Assembly (NCBI GenBank): GCA_965217185.1
Contig: OZ244252.1
Span: 3,232,001 to 3,296,000 of the forward strand
Length of the DNA stretch: 64,000 nt
Direction: 5' to 3'
From: an uncultured Candidatus Entotheonella sp.
GTDB taxonomy: Bacteria > Tectomicrobia > Entotheonellia > Entotheonellales > Entotheonellaceae
Part shown: positions 51,419 through 60,651 of the stretch, piece after piece
How the letters are laid out: each line of letters starts with the position of its first letter
Position numbering within the stretch: the stretch's first letter is position 1
Notes under the pieces: generated by a model
What the model was told of the DNA's origin: nothing
Database searches by the model: none
What the model saw: only the letters and a program-made list of their open reading frames with translations
Position numbers and translations under genes: made by a program

Positions 51419-52585
51419 TCAATACGAACGCGGCATGCCCAGCACGTGCTCACCTAGGTAATTCAATACCATTTGTTGAGAAATCGGCGCAATTTTGTAA
51501 AGACGAACTTCACGATAAAGCCGCTCGACATCAAACTCCCGCGCATAACCAAACCCACCATGCGTCTGCACAGCGTGATCAACCGCGTCGCAGCCCGCCT
51601 CGGCCGCTAGCAGCTTCGCGATATTTGCCTCCTTGCCGCAGGGCAATCCGTTGTCGTAGAGCCACGCCGCCTTGAGCGTCATCAACTCGGCTGCCTCCAG
51701 GCGGGCGTAAGCCTCCGCCAGGGGGAACTGCACGCCCTGGTTCCTGCCGATTGGACGACCAAAGACAACCCGATCCTTGGCATATTGCACGGCTTTGTCG
51801 AGCGCGGCTTTGCCAATGCCTACGGCTTCCGCCGCGATCACGATGCGTTCCGGGTTCAAGCCGGTCATGATATGGGAAAAGCCCTCGCCTTCCTCGCCCA
51901 CGAGATCAGCATGCGGCACCCGCAGATCGTCGATGAATAACTCGTTGGAATCGACCGCGTGGCGGCCCATTTTCTCGATCAGCCGCACCGAAATGGCGGA
52001 GCGGTCCATTTCGGCGAAGAACAGGGACATGCCTTTGGACCTTTTCGCCACCTGATCCGCCGGGGTCGTGCGTGTCAAGATGAGAACGCGGTCCGCGTTT
52101 TGGGCGTTCGTACACCAGATCTTGCGTCCATTGATGGCCCACTCGTCGCCGTCCCGCACCGCCGTCGTCTGCAATTGTGTGGTGTCGCTGCCCACGTTGG
52201 GCTCGGTCACCGAAAACGCCAGCTTCATCTCGCCCCGCGCGATGGGGGGCAGATACCGCCGCTTCATCTCGTCGCTGCCATGCAAAATGATCGGCATGGG
52301 CGGGAACATCGAGAAGTGAATGGGTGAAGCGCCGGACGTCCCGGCGCCGGACGCGCAGATTTCCAGCAGGACGAGGGCGGCCTCGGTCACGCCCAGACCG
52401 CTGCCACCGTACTCGGTGGGAATGACCGTCCCCAACCAGCCATTGGCGGCAAATTCGTTGAAGAATGCGTGCGGGTATTCCGCGGTGCGATCCAGGTCGC
52501 GCCAGTAGCCCCAGTCAAATTTCCGCGCTAAGTTCCGCACTTCGGTGCGAATCAGTTGCTGCTGCTCCGATAGCTCGAAATCCAT
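51419..52585 (-). CDS. Acyl-CoA dehydrogenase
   Basis: EYGGSG, FSVTEPNVGSD, INGRKIW, FGRPIGRNQ, QTHGGFGY. Confidence 0.93.
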   Translation of the reverse strand: MDFELSEQQQLIRTEVRNLARKFDWGYWRDLDRTAEYPHAFFNEFAANGWLGTVIPTEYGGSGLGVTEAALVLLEICASGAGTSGASPIHFSMFPPMPIILHGSDEMKRRYLPPIARGEMKLAFSVTEPNVGSDTTQLQTTAVRDGDEWAINGRKIWCTNAQNADRVLILTRTTPADQVAKRSKGMSLFFAEMDRSAISVRLIEKMGRHAVDSNELFIDDLRVPHADLVGEEGEGFSHIMTGLNPERIVIAAEAVGIGKAALDKAVQYAKDRVVFGRPIGRNQGVQFPLAEAYARLEAAELMTLKAAWLYDNGLPCGKEANIAKLLAAEAGCDAVDHAVQTHGGFGYAREFDVERLYREVRLYKIAPISQQMVLNYLGEHVLGMPRSY

Positions 52586-52603
52586 CCGCCATTACCTTCC
52601 GTG

Positions 52604-53068
52604 TCAGGAATTTTCAGGGCTGCCGCCCGCGGACTGTGCCAGGGATTCGCCCCATTGGGTGATACGCTCCGGCGCGATTTTGATCACCAACCCGTCACTG
52701 CTACTCAGGTGGCGATCACGATATTGGGCGTATTTTTCTTCGAGCAGCGCGAAAGCGTGGTCACGCTCGGTTCCCTCCTCCAATATCGTCGCCGGGCCGC
52801 GTATCATCACGTAATAAAGCTGTTGCCAGTCTTCCTCATAATGGTGCACCAGAAACGCCACGCGCGGATTCTCAACAATGTTGCGGATGCGTTTCATACC
52901 GTAACCGGCACGGCGCTTGGGCTTGTGGTCGATGGCCGAATAAACGGCCTGCCCATCGTAGGCGAAGCATATCGGCACCATGTGCGGGGCACCGAGCTTG
53001 TCGGCCGTCGCCAGATGGCCGAAGCGGTGCGTTTTCAGCAATGCGACAAGATTGCTTGATACTGCCAT
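52604..53068 (-). CDS. PPOX-class (pyridoxamine 5'-phosphate oxidase-like), probably F420-dependent, oxidoreductase (Rv0121-like)
   Basis: HLATAD..PHMVPICF, SAIDHKPK, RIRNI.ENPRV, YEEDW. Confidence 0.82.
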   Translation of the reverse strand: MAVSSNLVALLKTHRFGHLATADKLGAPHMVPICFAYDGQAVYSAIDHKPKRRAGYGMKRIRNIVENPRVAFLVHHYEEDWQQLYYVMIRGPATILEEGTERDHAFALLEEKYAQYRDRHLSSSDGLVIKIAPERITQWGESLAQSAGGSPENS

Positions 53069-53098
53069 GACGCGTTTCCCTGTTCCGACCGAAATCGC

Positions 53099-53890
53099 CT
53101 ACGCAAAATTCACGCCAACCGGTCCCAAGCCGCCGCCGAATGTCGCCTTGAGTACATCGCCGGACGCCATGCGCACGGCGCCGGTCAGGGCGCCGGCGAG
53201 TACCATGTCGCCCTCCTCGATCGCCAGATCGAACTCGGCGAGTTTGTTGGCCAGCCAGGCGACCGCTTGCGCGGGATTGCCCATCACCGCGCCCGCCGCG
53301 CCGGTGGCAATAATGTCGCCGTTCTTCTCGACCACCATTCCCGTGTAGCGCATGTCGAAATTCTTGACCGAATGAAGCTCGCCGCCCACGATAATGCCGG
53401 CGGTGCCGCAGCTATCCGCCAAAATGTCAGCCACCTTGGCGCGGCCGATCCAGTCGCGCATGCGCGAATCGCCGAGTTCCAGCGACGGCATGATACCCTC
53501 CGTGCTGCGCAGCACCTGCGGCACCGTCACCCCGGGCCCTTCGATACGCCGGCACATCACAAAGGTGATCTCGCATTCAATGATCGGCTGGATCAGCGAC
53601 GCCGTGTCGACCGGCGTTCCTTCCATATAAACGCCTTGGCCCATGAGCTGCCCGCAAACCGGTTCGTGTACGCCAAAGACTTCCTGATTCGCCCGGCTGG
53701 TGAGGCCGATTTTCTTGCCGACTACCCGGTCTCCGCGCGCCGTCCTTTTGTCGGCAATGGCGAGTTGCACCCGATAGCCGTCCGCGACCGTCATGTCCGG
53801 ATGGTCAATCGTCAGTACCTCAACCGGCTCGCGGCTTTCTTCCGCGGCGATCAACCGGTCGGCGAGCGTTTTAATCGTTTGTGCATCCAT
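53099..53890 (-). CDS. 2-keto-4-pentenoate hydratase / FAH-superfamily protein
   Basis: GKKIGLTS, ECEITF, ELGDSR, MGNPAQAVAWLAN. Confidence 0.88.
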   Translation of the reverse strand: MDAQTIKTLADRLIAAEESREPVEVLTIDHPDMTVADGYRVQLAIADKRTARGDRVVGKKIGLTSRANQEVFGVHEPVCGQLMGQGVYMEGTPVDTASLIQPIIECEITFVMCRRIEGPGVTVPQVLRSTEGIMPSLELGDSRMRDWIGRAKVADILADSCGTAGIIVGGELHSVKNFDMRYTGMVVEKNGDIIATGAAGAVMGNPAQAVAWLANKLAEFDLAIEEGDMVLAGALTGAVRMASGDVLKATFGGGLGPVGVNFA

Positions 53891-53899
53891 GGATTCCCC

Positions 53900-54718
53900 T
53901 CACGAGACAGACTCCTGCGCCAGCCACGCCTCCGCCACCTCAAGATGCGTAGCGAACCACACCTCCTCGCGCTCTCGCAAATGGCGGATAAGCCGCTCCA
54001 ACATCGCCATGCGGGAACGTCGCCCAATCACTTGCGGGTGCATGACGATGCTGAGAAAGCCGCCGTCGTCGAAGGCACCGTCACACTCCGCTTGCCAGAT
54101 TTCGTAGACCTTGTTCTGACTCGACATCCCGGTGTAATAGGGATGGTAGTTGAAGAGAAAGTGTGAGGTATCGGTCATTTCCCAACTGAACGGCACTTCC
54201 AGGAGGGGCCGGCCGGTCTCGGGTGTTTGGATCCAGTAGGGTTCATCGCCGCCGACTAGACTGCTGTCATACGTGAAGCCGTGATCCAACAATAGCTCCA
54301 GGGTATGGGGGCCGGCGTTGCCCGCCGGGGCGCGGTAGCCTTTCGGAATAGCGCCGGTAATGCGTTGCAGGCTCTCGATGCCCTTGCTCAACACCTCCAA
54401 CTCGACCTTGCGGCCCTTGTTGACTACGTATTCGTGTTCGTAACCGTGATGACCGATTTCGTGGCCCGCGGCATGCATCTGCTCGACTAGGTGGGGATAC
54501 TTGTCAGCCGTCCACCCCGGCACGAAGAACGTGGCCTTCAGGTCGTATCTGCGCAGCAATTCCAGAATGCGGGGCACACCCTCCCGGGCGCCGTACTCGC
54601 CGCGCGACATCTGGCCGAGAAAGGGCTGACGGAGGGTACGGAACCAGATCGTCTCGGCGTCGAAATCGAAGCTCAATCCCACCGCGCATCGCTTGCCTGA
54701 CGGCCACCGCCCTTGCAT
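53900..54718 (-). CDS. Polysaccharide deacetylase family (CE4, PuuE-like)
   Basis: SFDFDAE, ATFFVPG, HEIGHHGYEH, GYRAP, MHPQVIGR; AGGAG RBS before ATG 54718. Confidence 0.88.
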   Translation of the reverse strand: MQGRWPSGKRCAVGLSFDFDAETIWFRTLRQPFLGQMSRGEYGAREGVPRILELLRRYDLKATFFVPGWTADKYPHLVEQMHAAGHEIGHHGYEHEYVVNKGRKVELEVLSKGIESLQRITGAIPKGYRAPAGNAGPHTLELLLDHGFTYDSSLVGGDEPYWIQTPETGRPLLEVPFSWEMTDTSHFLFNYHPYYTGMSSQNKVYEIWQAECDGAFDDGGFLSIVMHPQVIGRRSRMAMLERLIRHLREREEVWFATHLEVAEAWLAQESVS

Positions 54719-54843
54719 GGCACTCCTCCGTTCCGTCACATGGTTTATGGCCCGAAATCGGCACGCATTGTAGACCAGGGAGGGCCAATTCTCAATTGCC
54801 GTTCGGGGACAGGCAAACAAGCTTTTCGCGGCGTCCTTTGTGC

Positions 54844-54872
54844 TTGACACCCAGACCTATTGCGCATAAGGT
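54844..54872 (+). promoter_or_regulatory. Candidate sigma70 promoter for the dppD/F-like genes
   Basis: TTGACA-N17-TAAGGT. Confidence 0.5.
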
Positions 54873-54952
54873 CGGCCCTCCCTTTGCCGTGGTGGACGCT
54901 TCGCTCGTGGCCCATCATAGCGCCAAACCTACCGCATCCGGATAGCAACAGC

Positions 54953-55921
54953 ATGGCTGATCCCGTCCTGCAGATCGAAGACCTCAGCGTTCGCTTTCAC
55001 CTCAAGCGCGGCAGGCTGACGGCTGTCGACCGTGTCTCCTTGACGGTGAACCGCAGCGAGACCTTCGGACTGGTCGGCGAATCCGGCTCCGGGAAGACGG
55101 TCACGGCACGCGCCGTCATGCGTCTCGTTCCCATCCCCCCCGGCGAGATTTTTCATGGCCGCGTCCTGTTCGACGGCGAGAACGTGCTGGACAAGTCGGA
55201 AGCCGAAATGCGCCAACTGCGCGGCAGGAAGATCGCCATGGTCTTTCAGGAGCCGATGAGCGCCCTGAATCCCGTCTTCACCGTTGGCAACCAGATCTCA
55301 GACGCCCTGCGAACCAACCTCGGCATGAGCAAAAGGGAGGCGAAGGAACGCGTCATCGAGCTCCTGAACCTGGTTGGCATCCCGTCGCCCGAATCGCGCT
55401 ACGGCAATTACGTACATGAATTCAGCGGCGGCATGCGACAGCGCGTCATGCTGGCCATGGCTCTCAGTTGCAATCCTTCTTTCTTGATTGCCGACGAACC
55501 CACCACCGCGCTCGACGTGACCATTCAGGCCACCATCCTCGAGCTCATCCGGAGCATGACCGAACGCTTTCACATGTCGCTGATTTTCATCACGCACAAC
55601 CTGGGCGTCGTCGCCCACACCTGCGACACCATCGGCGTTATGTACGCCTCTCACCTCGTCGAGCTCGGCACCAAGAACGAGATTTTCGCCAATCCGTTGC
55701 ACCCCTACACGCAGGGTCTGCTGAACTCCATTCCGCGCCTCGACACGCAGGCGAAATTCCTGACGCCGATCAAGGGTTTGGTGTGCAACATGCTGGAACC
55801 GCCGCAGGGCTGCAAATTCAACCCGCGCTGTGAGCACGCCATGGACATTTGCAGCCAGGAAGTGCCGCCGCTCAAAGAGGTTGCTCCCGGGCACTTCGTG
55901 GCCTGTCATCTGCATCCATGA
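54953..55921 (+). CDS. Peptide ABC transporter ATP-binding protein (DppD/OppD-like)
   Basis: [27 protein letters not shown]-terminal Cys motif. Confidence 0.93.
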   Translation: MADPVLQIEDLSVRFHLKRGRLTAVDRVSLTVNRSETFGLVGESGSGKTVTARAVMRLVPIPPGEIFHGRVLFDGENVLDKSEAEMRQLRGRKIAMVFQEPMSALNPVFTVGNQISDALRTNLGMSKREAKERVIELLNLVGIPSPESRYGNYVHEFSGGMRQRVMLAMALSCNPSFLIADEPTTALDVTIQATILELIRSMTERFHMSLIFITHNLGVVAHTCDTIGVMYASHLVELGTKNEIFANPLHPYTQGLLNSIPRLDTQAKFLTPIKGLVCNMLEPPQGCKFNPRCEHAMDICSQEVPPLKEVAPGHFVACHLHP

Positions 55922-55927
55922 GCCGGC

Positions 55928-56923
55928 ATGGGAAACGGGACGCCAATGAGTGATTATTTTCTGGAAGTCAAGAATCTCACCAAGTACTTCCCGTTGAATA
56001 ACGACCTGATCTCCCGCCTCGGCGGTAAGACCCGCACCCTGAGGGCCGTGGATGATATCAGCTTCTTCATCAAGCCCGGTGAAACGCTTGGATTGGTGGG
56101 GGAAAGCGGTTGCGGCAAATCTACCACGGCGCGCCTGATTACCCGCTTAATTGAGCCGAGTGGCGGCTCCATCTACCTGAAAGATGAAGATCTGCTGTCG
56201 TTTCCACCCGAACGCATGCTGGACGTGAGGAAGACCATTCAACTGGTCTTTCAAGACCCGTACAGTTCCCTGAACCCGCGCAAAACCATCATGCAGATTC
56301 TCAGCCGCCCGCTGGAGGTCCACAATCTCGCCAAGGGTTGGACGGCCAAGCGTCGCCACGTGCTGCATTTGCTGCGCCTGGTGGGCCTGGGCGTCGAGCA
56401 CGCCGACCGCTATCCGCATGAGTTCAGCGGCGGCCAGCGGCAGCGCATTGCCATCGCCAGAGCCTTGGCCGTCAGCCCTCAACTGATCATCGGCGACGAA
56501 CCCGTGTCAGCCCTGGATGTCTCCATTCAGGCGCAGATTCTCAATTTGTTCCGGGAGTTGCAGCAGGAGTTCAACCTGACCTATCTGTTCATCGCCCATG
56601 ACCTCAGCGTCATCCGTCACATCAGCGACCGGGTCGCGGTCATGTATGTCGGCAAGATCGTCGAAACCGGCACGGTGGAAACTATCTTCGAGAACCCCAA
56701 GCACCCCTACACGCACGCCCTGCTCATGGCCGTGCCCCATGCCGACCCGCTCAAGCCGCCGCCCCGCCTGACGCTGCAGGGCGAACTGGCCACCCCCGTC
56801 GATCCGCCGCCGGGCTGCCGTCTGTACGGCAGATGTCCCATCGCTACCGACATCTGCGGCGAGGTGTCGCCGGAATTGGTCGACCGCGGCAATGAGCATT
56901 ACGTCGCCTGCCACAATATCTAA
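55928..56923 (+). CDS. Peptide ABC transporter ATP-binding protein (DppF/OppF-like)
   Basis: GESGCGKST, YPHEFSGGQRQR, DEPVSALD. Confidence 0.93.
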   Translation: MGNGTPMSDYFLEVKNLTKYFPLNNDLISRLGGKTRTLRAVDDISFFIKPGETLGLVGESGCGKSTTARLITRLIEPSGGSIYLKDEDLLSFPPERMLDVRKTIQLVFQDPYSSLNPRKTIMQILSRPLEVHNLAKGWTAKRRHVLHLLRLVGLGVEHADRYPHEFSGGQRQRIAIARALAVSPQLIIGDEPVSALDVSIQAQILNLFRELQQEFNLTYLFIAHDLSVIRHISDRVAVMYVGKIVETGTVETIFENPKHPYTHALLMAVPHADPLKPPPRLTLQGELATPVDPPPGCRLYGRCPIATDICGEVSPELVDRGNEHYVACHNI

Positions 56924-57666
56924 AACGAGTATTGCAACCCCAAGGTGAATTGCGGGGTCTCGCCGAGGAAGCGGGCCTCCACGTTGACCACGACATGCCC
57001 GGCCGGGAAATCGACCAACGGATAAAAATTTACCCCAGCAAACCCCCGCACCGGAACGGCCGATTCAAAATCCGACTCCAGCACACCCTCGCCGCCCGAC
57101 AATGTTATTGTTGACTGGTGATAGGCCACCCCGCCGTAGAGTTGAAACGTCTCAAACCGCCGTGTGCCGACGCCCAAGGCGGCGTCGAATTCCTCCCACA
57201 AGCCCCCAACCTCGTAGCCTTCCTGACCGTCCACGTCATCGTCGTCGCTCGAAAAACGCAGGTACTGCCCCGTTACCCCGACGGCACCCCAACCAAACCG
57301 CAGCAGGCGCAGCCGCAAGCCGCCGCCATAGGCCAATCCGAATGAGCCGTTGAAGCCTGCGCCGACGATTTCGAAGTCGCCGCCGCCGAAGCGGGCGTAT
57401 ATCTCGCTCCAATCGGTCAACCCCGCAACGACAGTCACCAGAGCACGCCCGGTGCCGATCTTGAATTCCCTGCCCGCCACAAAGGGGCCTTGCGACTCCA
57501 TGACCTCCCTGAAACTGTCGCCAGCCAATTCAAGTCGCACCTGCAGCAGCCGTTCCTGGCGGGCGGCGGGGTACCCGATCATTCCGGCCAGTGCCGCAGG
57601 GGCTGAATCACACAACACCCAGATCGACACAACAACGCTCAACACAAGACGTACGCATATTGGCAT
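56920..57666 (-). CDS. Hypothetical outer-membrane beta-barrel protein
   Basis: Signal peptide, amphipathic strands, C-terminal LGLQYSF (BAM signature Phe). Confidence 0.65.
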   Translation of the reverse strand: MPICVRLVLSVVVSIWVLCDSAPAALAGMIGYPAARQERLLQVRLELAGDSFREVMESQGPFVAGREFKIGTGRALVTVVAGLTDWSEIYARFGGGDFEIVGAGFNGSFGLAYGGGLRLRLLRFGWGAVGVTGQYLRFSSDDDDVDGQEGYEVGGLWEEFDAALGVGTRRFETFQLYGGVAYHQSTITLSGGEGVLESDFESAVPVRGFAGVNFYPLVDFPAGHVVVNVEARFLGETPQFTLGLQYSF

Positions 57667-57804
57667 TCGTGTTCTCCCACAGACGTGCAATGAATTTACA
57701 GGGGATGGAGCCTCGGGGCGGTATCGCTCGGGGGCTGTAGTTGGGGTGGTATCACGTTGGAAAACATAATGAATCGGCGTGGCAAAATATGAACGGGGCA
57801 GCGG

Positions 57805-58359
57805 TCAGCGTGACCAGCGCTGCCGGTTGGATCGACCCGCCCGCATGGTCCAGATTCTGTCCCACAACGGGGCGGCCTCGTCGTCGCGGTTGAGCTTTTC
57901 GAGCAGGAAGGCGAGGCGCTGCGCCACCTCCAGGTTATTGCCATCCGCCTCCAACAGTTGCTGGTAGATTTGAATAGCCGACTCGAACTGCCCACGCCGC
58001 TCATACGTCGTGCCGAGCTGAAAGTAATCCTCTTCCGTTTGCGGTTCCTCGGCTTGCGGCTCATCGGCGGGCATGTCGTCCGTCGCCGGTTCCGGCTCGT
58101 ACGCTTCCACCTTCTCAACTGTCGGGGGCGAGTCCATCTGGTGCAACGTATCGAGTTGTTCAAGCAAATGATCGAGATTCGGCGCCGACTCTGCCCCAGG
58201 GCGCCGCGCACGCTGGAGTTCCTCTTCAAGCTCTGCGATGCGCGCGCACAACTGCTCATTCTCCTGCACCAACAGCTGATTCTCCTCCCGCAGCCGCGCC
58301 ACCAGGCTTGCTGTCTGGCGAATCCTTGCCTCTAACAGGGCATACTTGTCGGCGGACAT
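57805..58359 (-). CDS. Coiled-coil (ZapB-like N-terminus) plus TPR protein
   Basis: LEARIRQ..LREENQLL..ENEQL heptads; TPR YFQLG..Y..G....A...YQQLL; GAGGAG RBS. Confidence 0.7.
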   Translation of the reverse strand: MSADKYALLEARIRQTASLVARLREENQLLVQENEQLCARIAELEEELQRARRPGAESAPNLDHLLEQLDTLHQMDSPPTVEKVEAYEPEPATDDMPADEPQAEEPQTEEDYFQLGTTYERRGQFESAIQIYQQLLEADGNNLEVAQRLAFLLEKLNRDDEAAPLWDRIWTMRAGRSNRQRWSR

Positions 58360-58637
58360 GATCGTCTCCTCGGCGCCAGCCTGCGCGACTCCGCCAGGGT
58401 CGTTCAGGCGCCTCATTTAGCTGTTCAAATCTCTCGATGCTCCGCATTGAGTGCCAGACTTTAATCAGACACGCCGGAACCTGTCAACGGCGTTTTTGCG
58501 CTTCATCGGCCCGTACGCCGTGTGATATTCTACGCGCCCCAACAACGTGAGTCGCAGTCAGCAACCCTTGCTCATCGAACGCCTCGGCAACCCACAGCAG
58601 CCGCGCTTCGGGAGTGAACAGCGAGAGGGAATCAGGG

Positions 58638-59732
58638 ATGACCATCACAGGACGAGGCGTCGTGGCGCGTCGCGCTGGAGAACCGGCACACGTGGAAGAA
58701 ATTCTCATTGATCCGCCGGGACCGGGCGAGGTGCTGGTTCGCGTGCAGGCCAGCGGTGTGTGCCACACCGATCTGCATTACAAGCTGGGCAGCGTCGGCA
58801 ATGATTTTCCGTACCTGCTCGGCCACGAGGGCGCCGGCATCGTCGAGGCCGTGGGTGAGGGCGTCACCGCCCCGGCAGTGGGCGATTACGTCATCCTGGC
58901 ATGGCGTGCGCCATGCGGCAATTGCCGTTTCTGCGCCATCGGCCAGCCGCATCTCTGCGCCGCCAGCCTCAACGCCGAGCCGCGCATGCGGACGGCAGAC
59001 GGCGTCACCCTCAGCCCGGCGCTGGGTATCGGGACATTCTGCACGCACACCGTCGTGGCCGCTCGGCAAGCTGTGCCCGTGTCCACCGAATGTCCGCCGG
59101 TGCAGGCTTGCTTGATTGGTTGCGGCGTCATGACCGGCATTGGTGCCGTGCTCTATACGGCATCCGTGAGGCGCGGCAGCACCGTTGCCGTTTTCGGCTG
59201 CGGCGGCGTCGGCGCCAGCGTGATTCAGGGCGCCAGGATTGCTCACGCCGCCAAGATCATCGCCGTTGACATTGCCGAGAACAAGCTTAACTGGGCTCGC
59301 GAGTTTGGCGCCACGGACTTGGTGAACGCCCGCGACGGCGACCCGGTGGCAGCAATCAAGGAACTGACAGGCGGTAACGGCGTCGATTTCTCCTTCGAGG
59401 CGATTGGCCGACCCGAAACCTTGCTGCAGGCCCTGTGGGCGCGCGATCTCGCCGGCACGTGTGTGCTCATTGGCGTGCCGGACCCGACGATGCGTCTGGA
59501 CCTGCCGATTCAGCAATTCTTCGGCTTGGGCGGCGCACTGCGGGTGAGCTGGTACGGCGACTGCCTGCCGTCGCGCGATTTCCCCATGCTGGCGGATTGG
59601 TACCGGCGCGGTGACCTCGACCTCGACCGGGCTGTCACGCGGGTCATCACGCTCGACGAGACGGAACCCGCCTTTGAGGCCATGGAGCGGGGCGAGACAC
59701 TGCGCTCGGTCGTCCATCTCCCCGACGATTAA
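58638..59732 (+). CDS. Zn-dependent alcohol dehydrogenase, S-(hydroxymethyl)mycothiol dehydrogenase (MscR)-like
   Basis: GVCHTDLH, LLGHEGAG, CGxCxxC..C, GCGGVG, ARDLAGT, SWYGDCLP.RDFP. Confidence 0.85.
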   Translation: MTITGRGVVARRAGEPAHVEEILIDPPGPGEVLVRVQASGVCHTDLHYKLGSVGNDFPYLLGHEGAGIVEAVGEGVTAPAVGDYVILAWRAPCGNCRFCAIGQPHLCAASLNAEPRMRTADGVTLSPALGIGTFCTHTVVAARQAVPVSTECPPVQACLIGCGVMTGIGAVLYTASVRRGSTVAVFGCGGVGASVIQGARIAHAAKIIAVDIAENKLNWAREFGATDLVNARDGDPVAAIKELTGGNGVDFSFEAIGRPETLLQALWARDLAGTCVLIGVPDPTMRLDLPIQQFFGLGGALRVSWYGDCLPSRDFPMLADWYRRGDLDLDRAVTRVITLDETEPAFEAMERGETLRSVVHLPDD

Positions 59733-59813
59733 GCCGAATCTGAGACCGAAACCCATCATCCCCTTCCAGAAGCGGTTCTCATGCGAGGGCCGCTTCGCCC
59801 ACCTGCACCGTTC

Positions 59814-60581
59814 CTAACGCGGTCCGTAAGCGTCTACCAGAGCCGCGACCAAGCCGCCAATCGTGTATTCGGAAGCCTCCACGTCGACGCGTAGCCCCAA
59901 GTTGCGGGCGGTCTCAGCCGTTATCGGGCCGATGACGGCAACCTGTGCCCGATCTGCCAGCGAACGGGCGCGGGCTTGGCCCAGTTGGGCAACGAAGTTG
60001 CGAACCGTGCTACTCGCCGTGAAGGTGAGAACGTCGACGCCGGCCTCAATTTCGGCGAGGGTTTCGGAGGAAGGTTCGGGCAGGATGGTATCGTAGGCGG
60101 ATACCTCGACCACCTGGGCGCCGGCGCGTTGCAAGCCGATGCGCAGCGTGTCACGGGCCAGGGCCGCGCGCGGCAACAGGAAGCGCTTGCCGGCCGGGTC
60201 TGGCATCACCTCCAGCAGCGCCTCGGCAACGAACCGCTTCGGCACCACAACGCTTTGCAGACCCCTCGCGGCCAGTTCGGCGGCGGTTGCAGGACCGATG
60301 GCGGCCAGTTGCAGACGTGTGAAAACGTGATCGTCCAACCCAAGCACAGCCATGCGCTGCCAGACGTGGTCGACGCCGTTGACACTGGTAAACACGACCC
60401 AGTCGAACGTCGCCAACTCGCGCAGGGCTGCGTCCAGCGCCGCGTACCCGTCTCTCGGTGGGGTGATGTGAATGGTTGGAAATGACAGCGGCACTGCCCC
60501 CAATGCCTGGAGGCGCGCTTCAAGATCGTGCGCCTGCGCCTGCGCCCGCGTCACCAAGATGCGTTTGCCCTGCAGAGGCAT
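59814..60581 (-). CDS. hemD: Uroporphyrinogen-III synthase
   Basis: ILVTRA, VFTSVNGV, AIGPATA, FTASSTV, IGPITA. Confidence 0.9.
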   Translation of the reverse strand: MPLQGKRILVTRAQAQAHDLEARLQALGAVPLSFPTIHITPPRDGYAALDAALRELATFDWVVFTSVNGVDHVWQRMAVLGLDDHVFTRLQLAAIGPATAAELAARGLQSVVVPKRFVAEALLEVMPDPAGKRFLLPRAALARDTLRIGLQRAGAQVVEVSAYDTILPEPSSETLAEIEAGVDVLTFTASSTVRNFVAQLGQARARSLADRAQVAVIGPITAETARNLGLRVDVEASEYTIGGLVAALVDAYGPR

Positions 60582-60651
60582 GGTTACCGAATCTTCGTGG
60601 GAATGGCGAATGTTGCTGTCCATGGGGGAGTTCCCAGCCGCGGGCTGCGGC

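Noticed and set aside
58420..58613. 6S or other ncRNA near the ZapB-like gene
   Set aside because: No extended rod-like pairing is seen; the region is explained by divergent promoters (TTGACA on the minus strand at 58482-58487).
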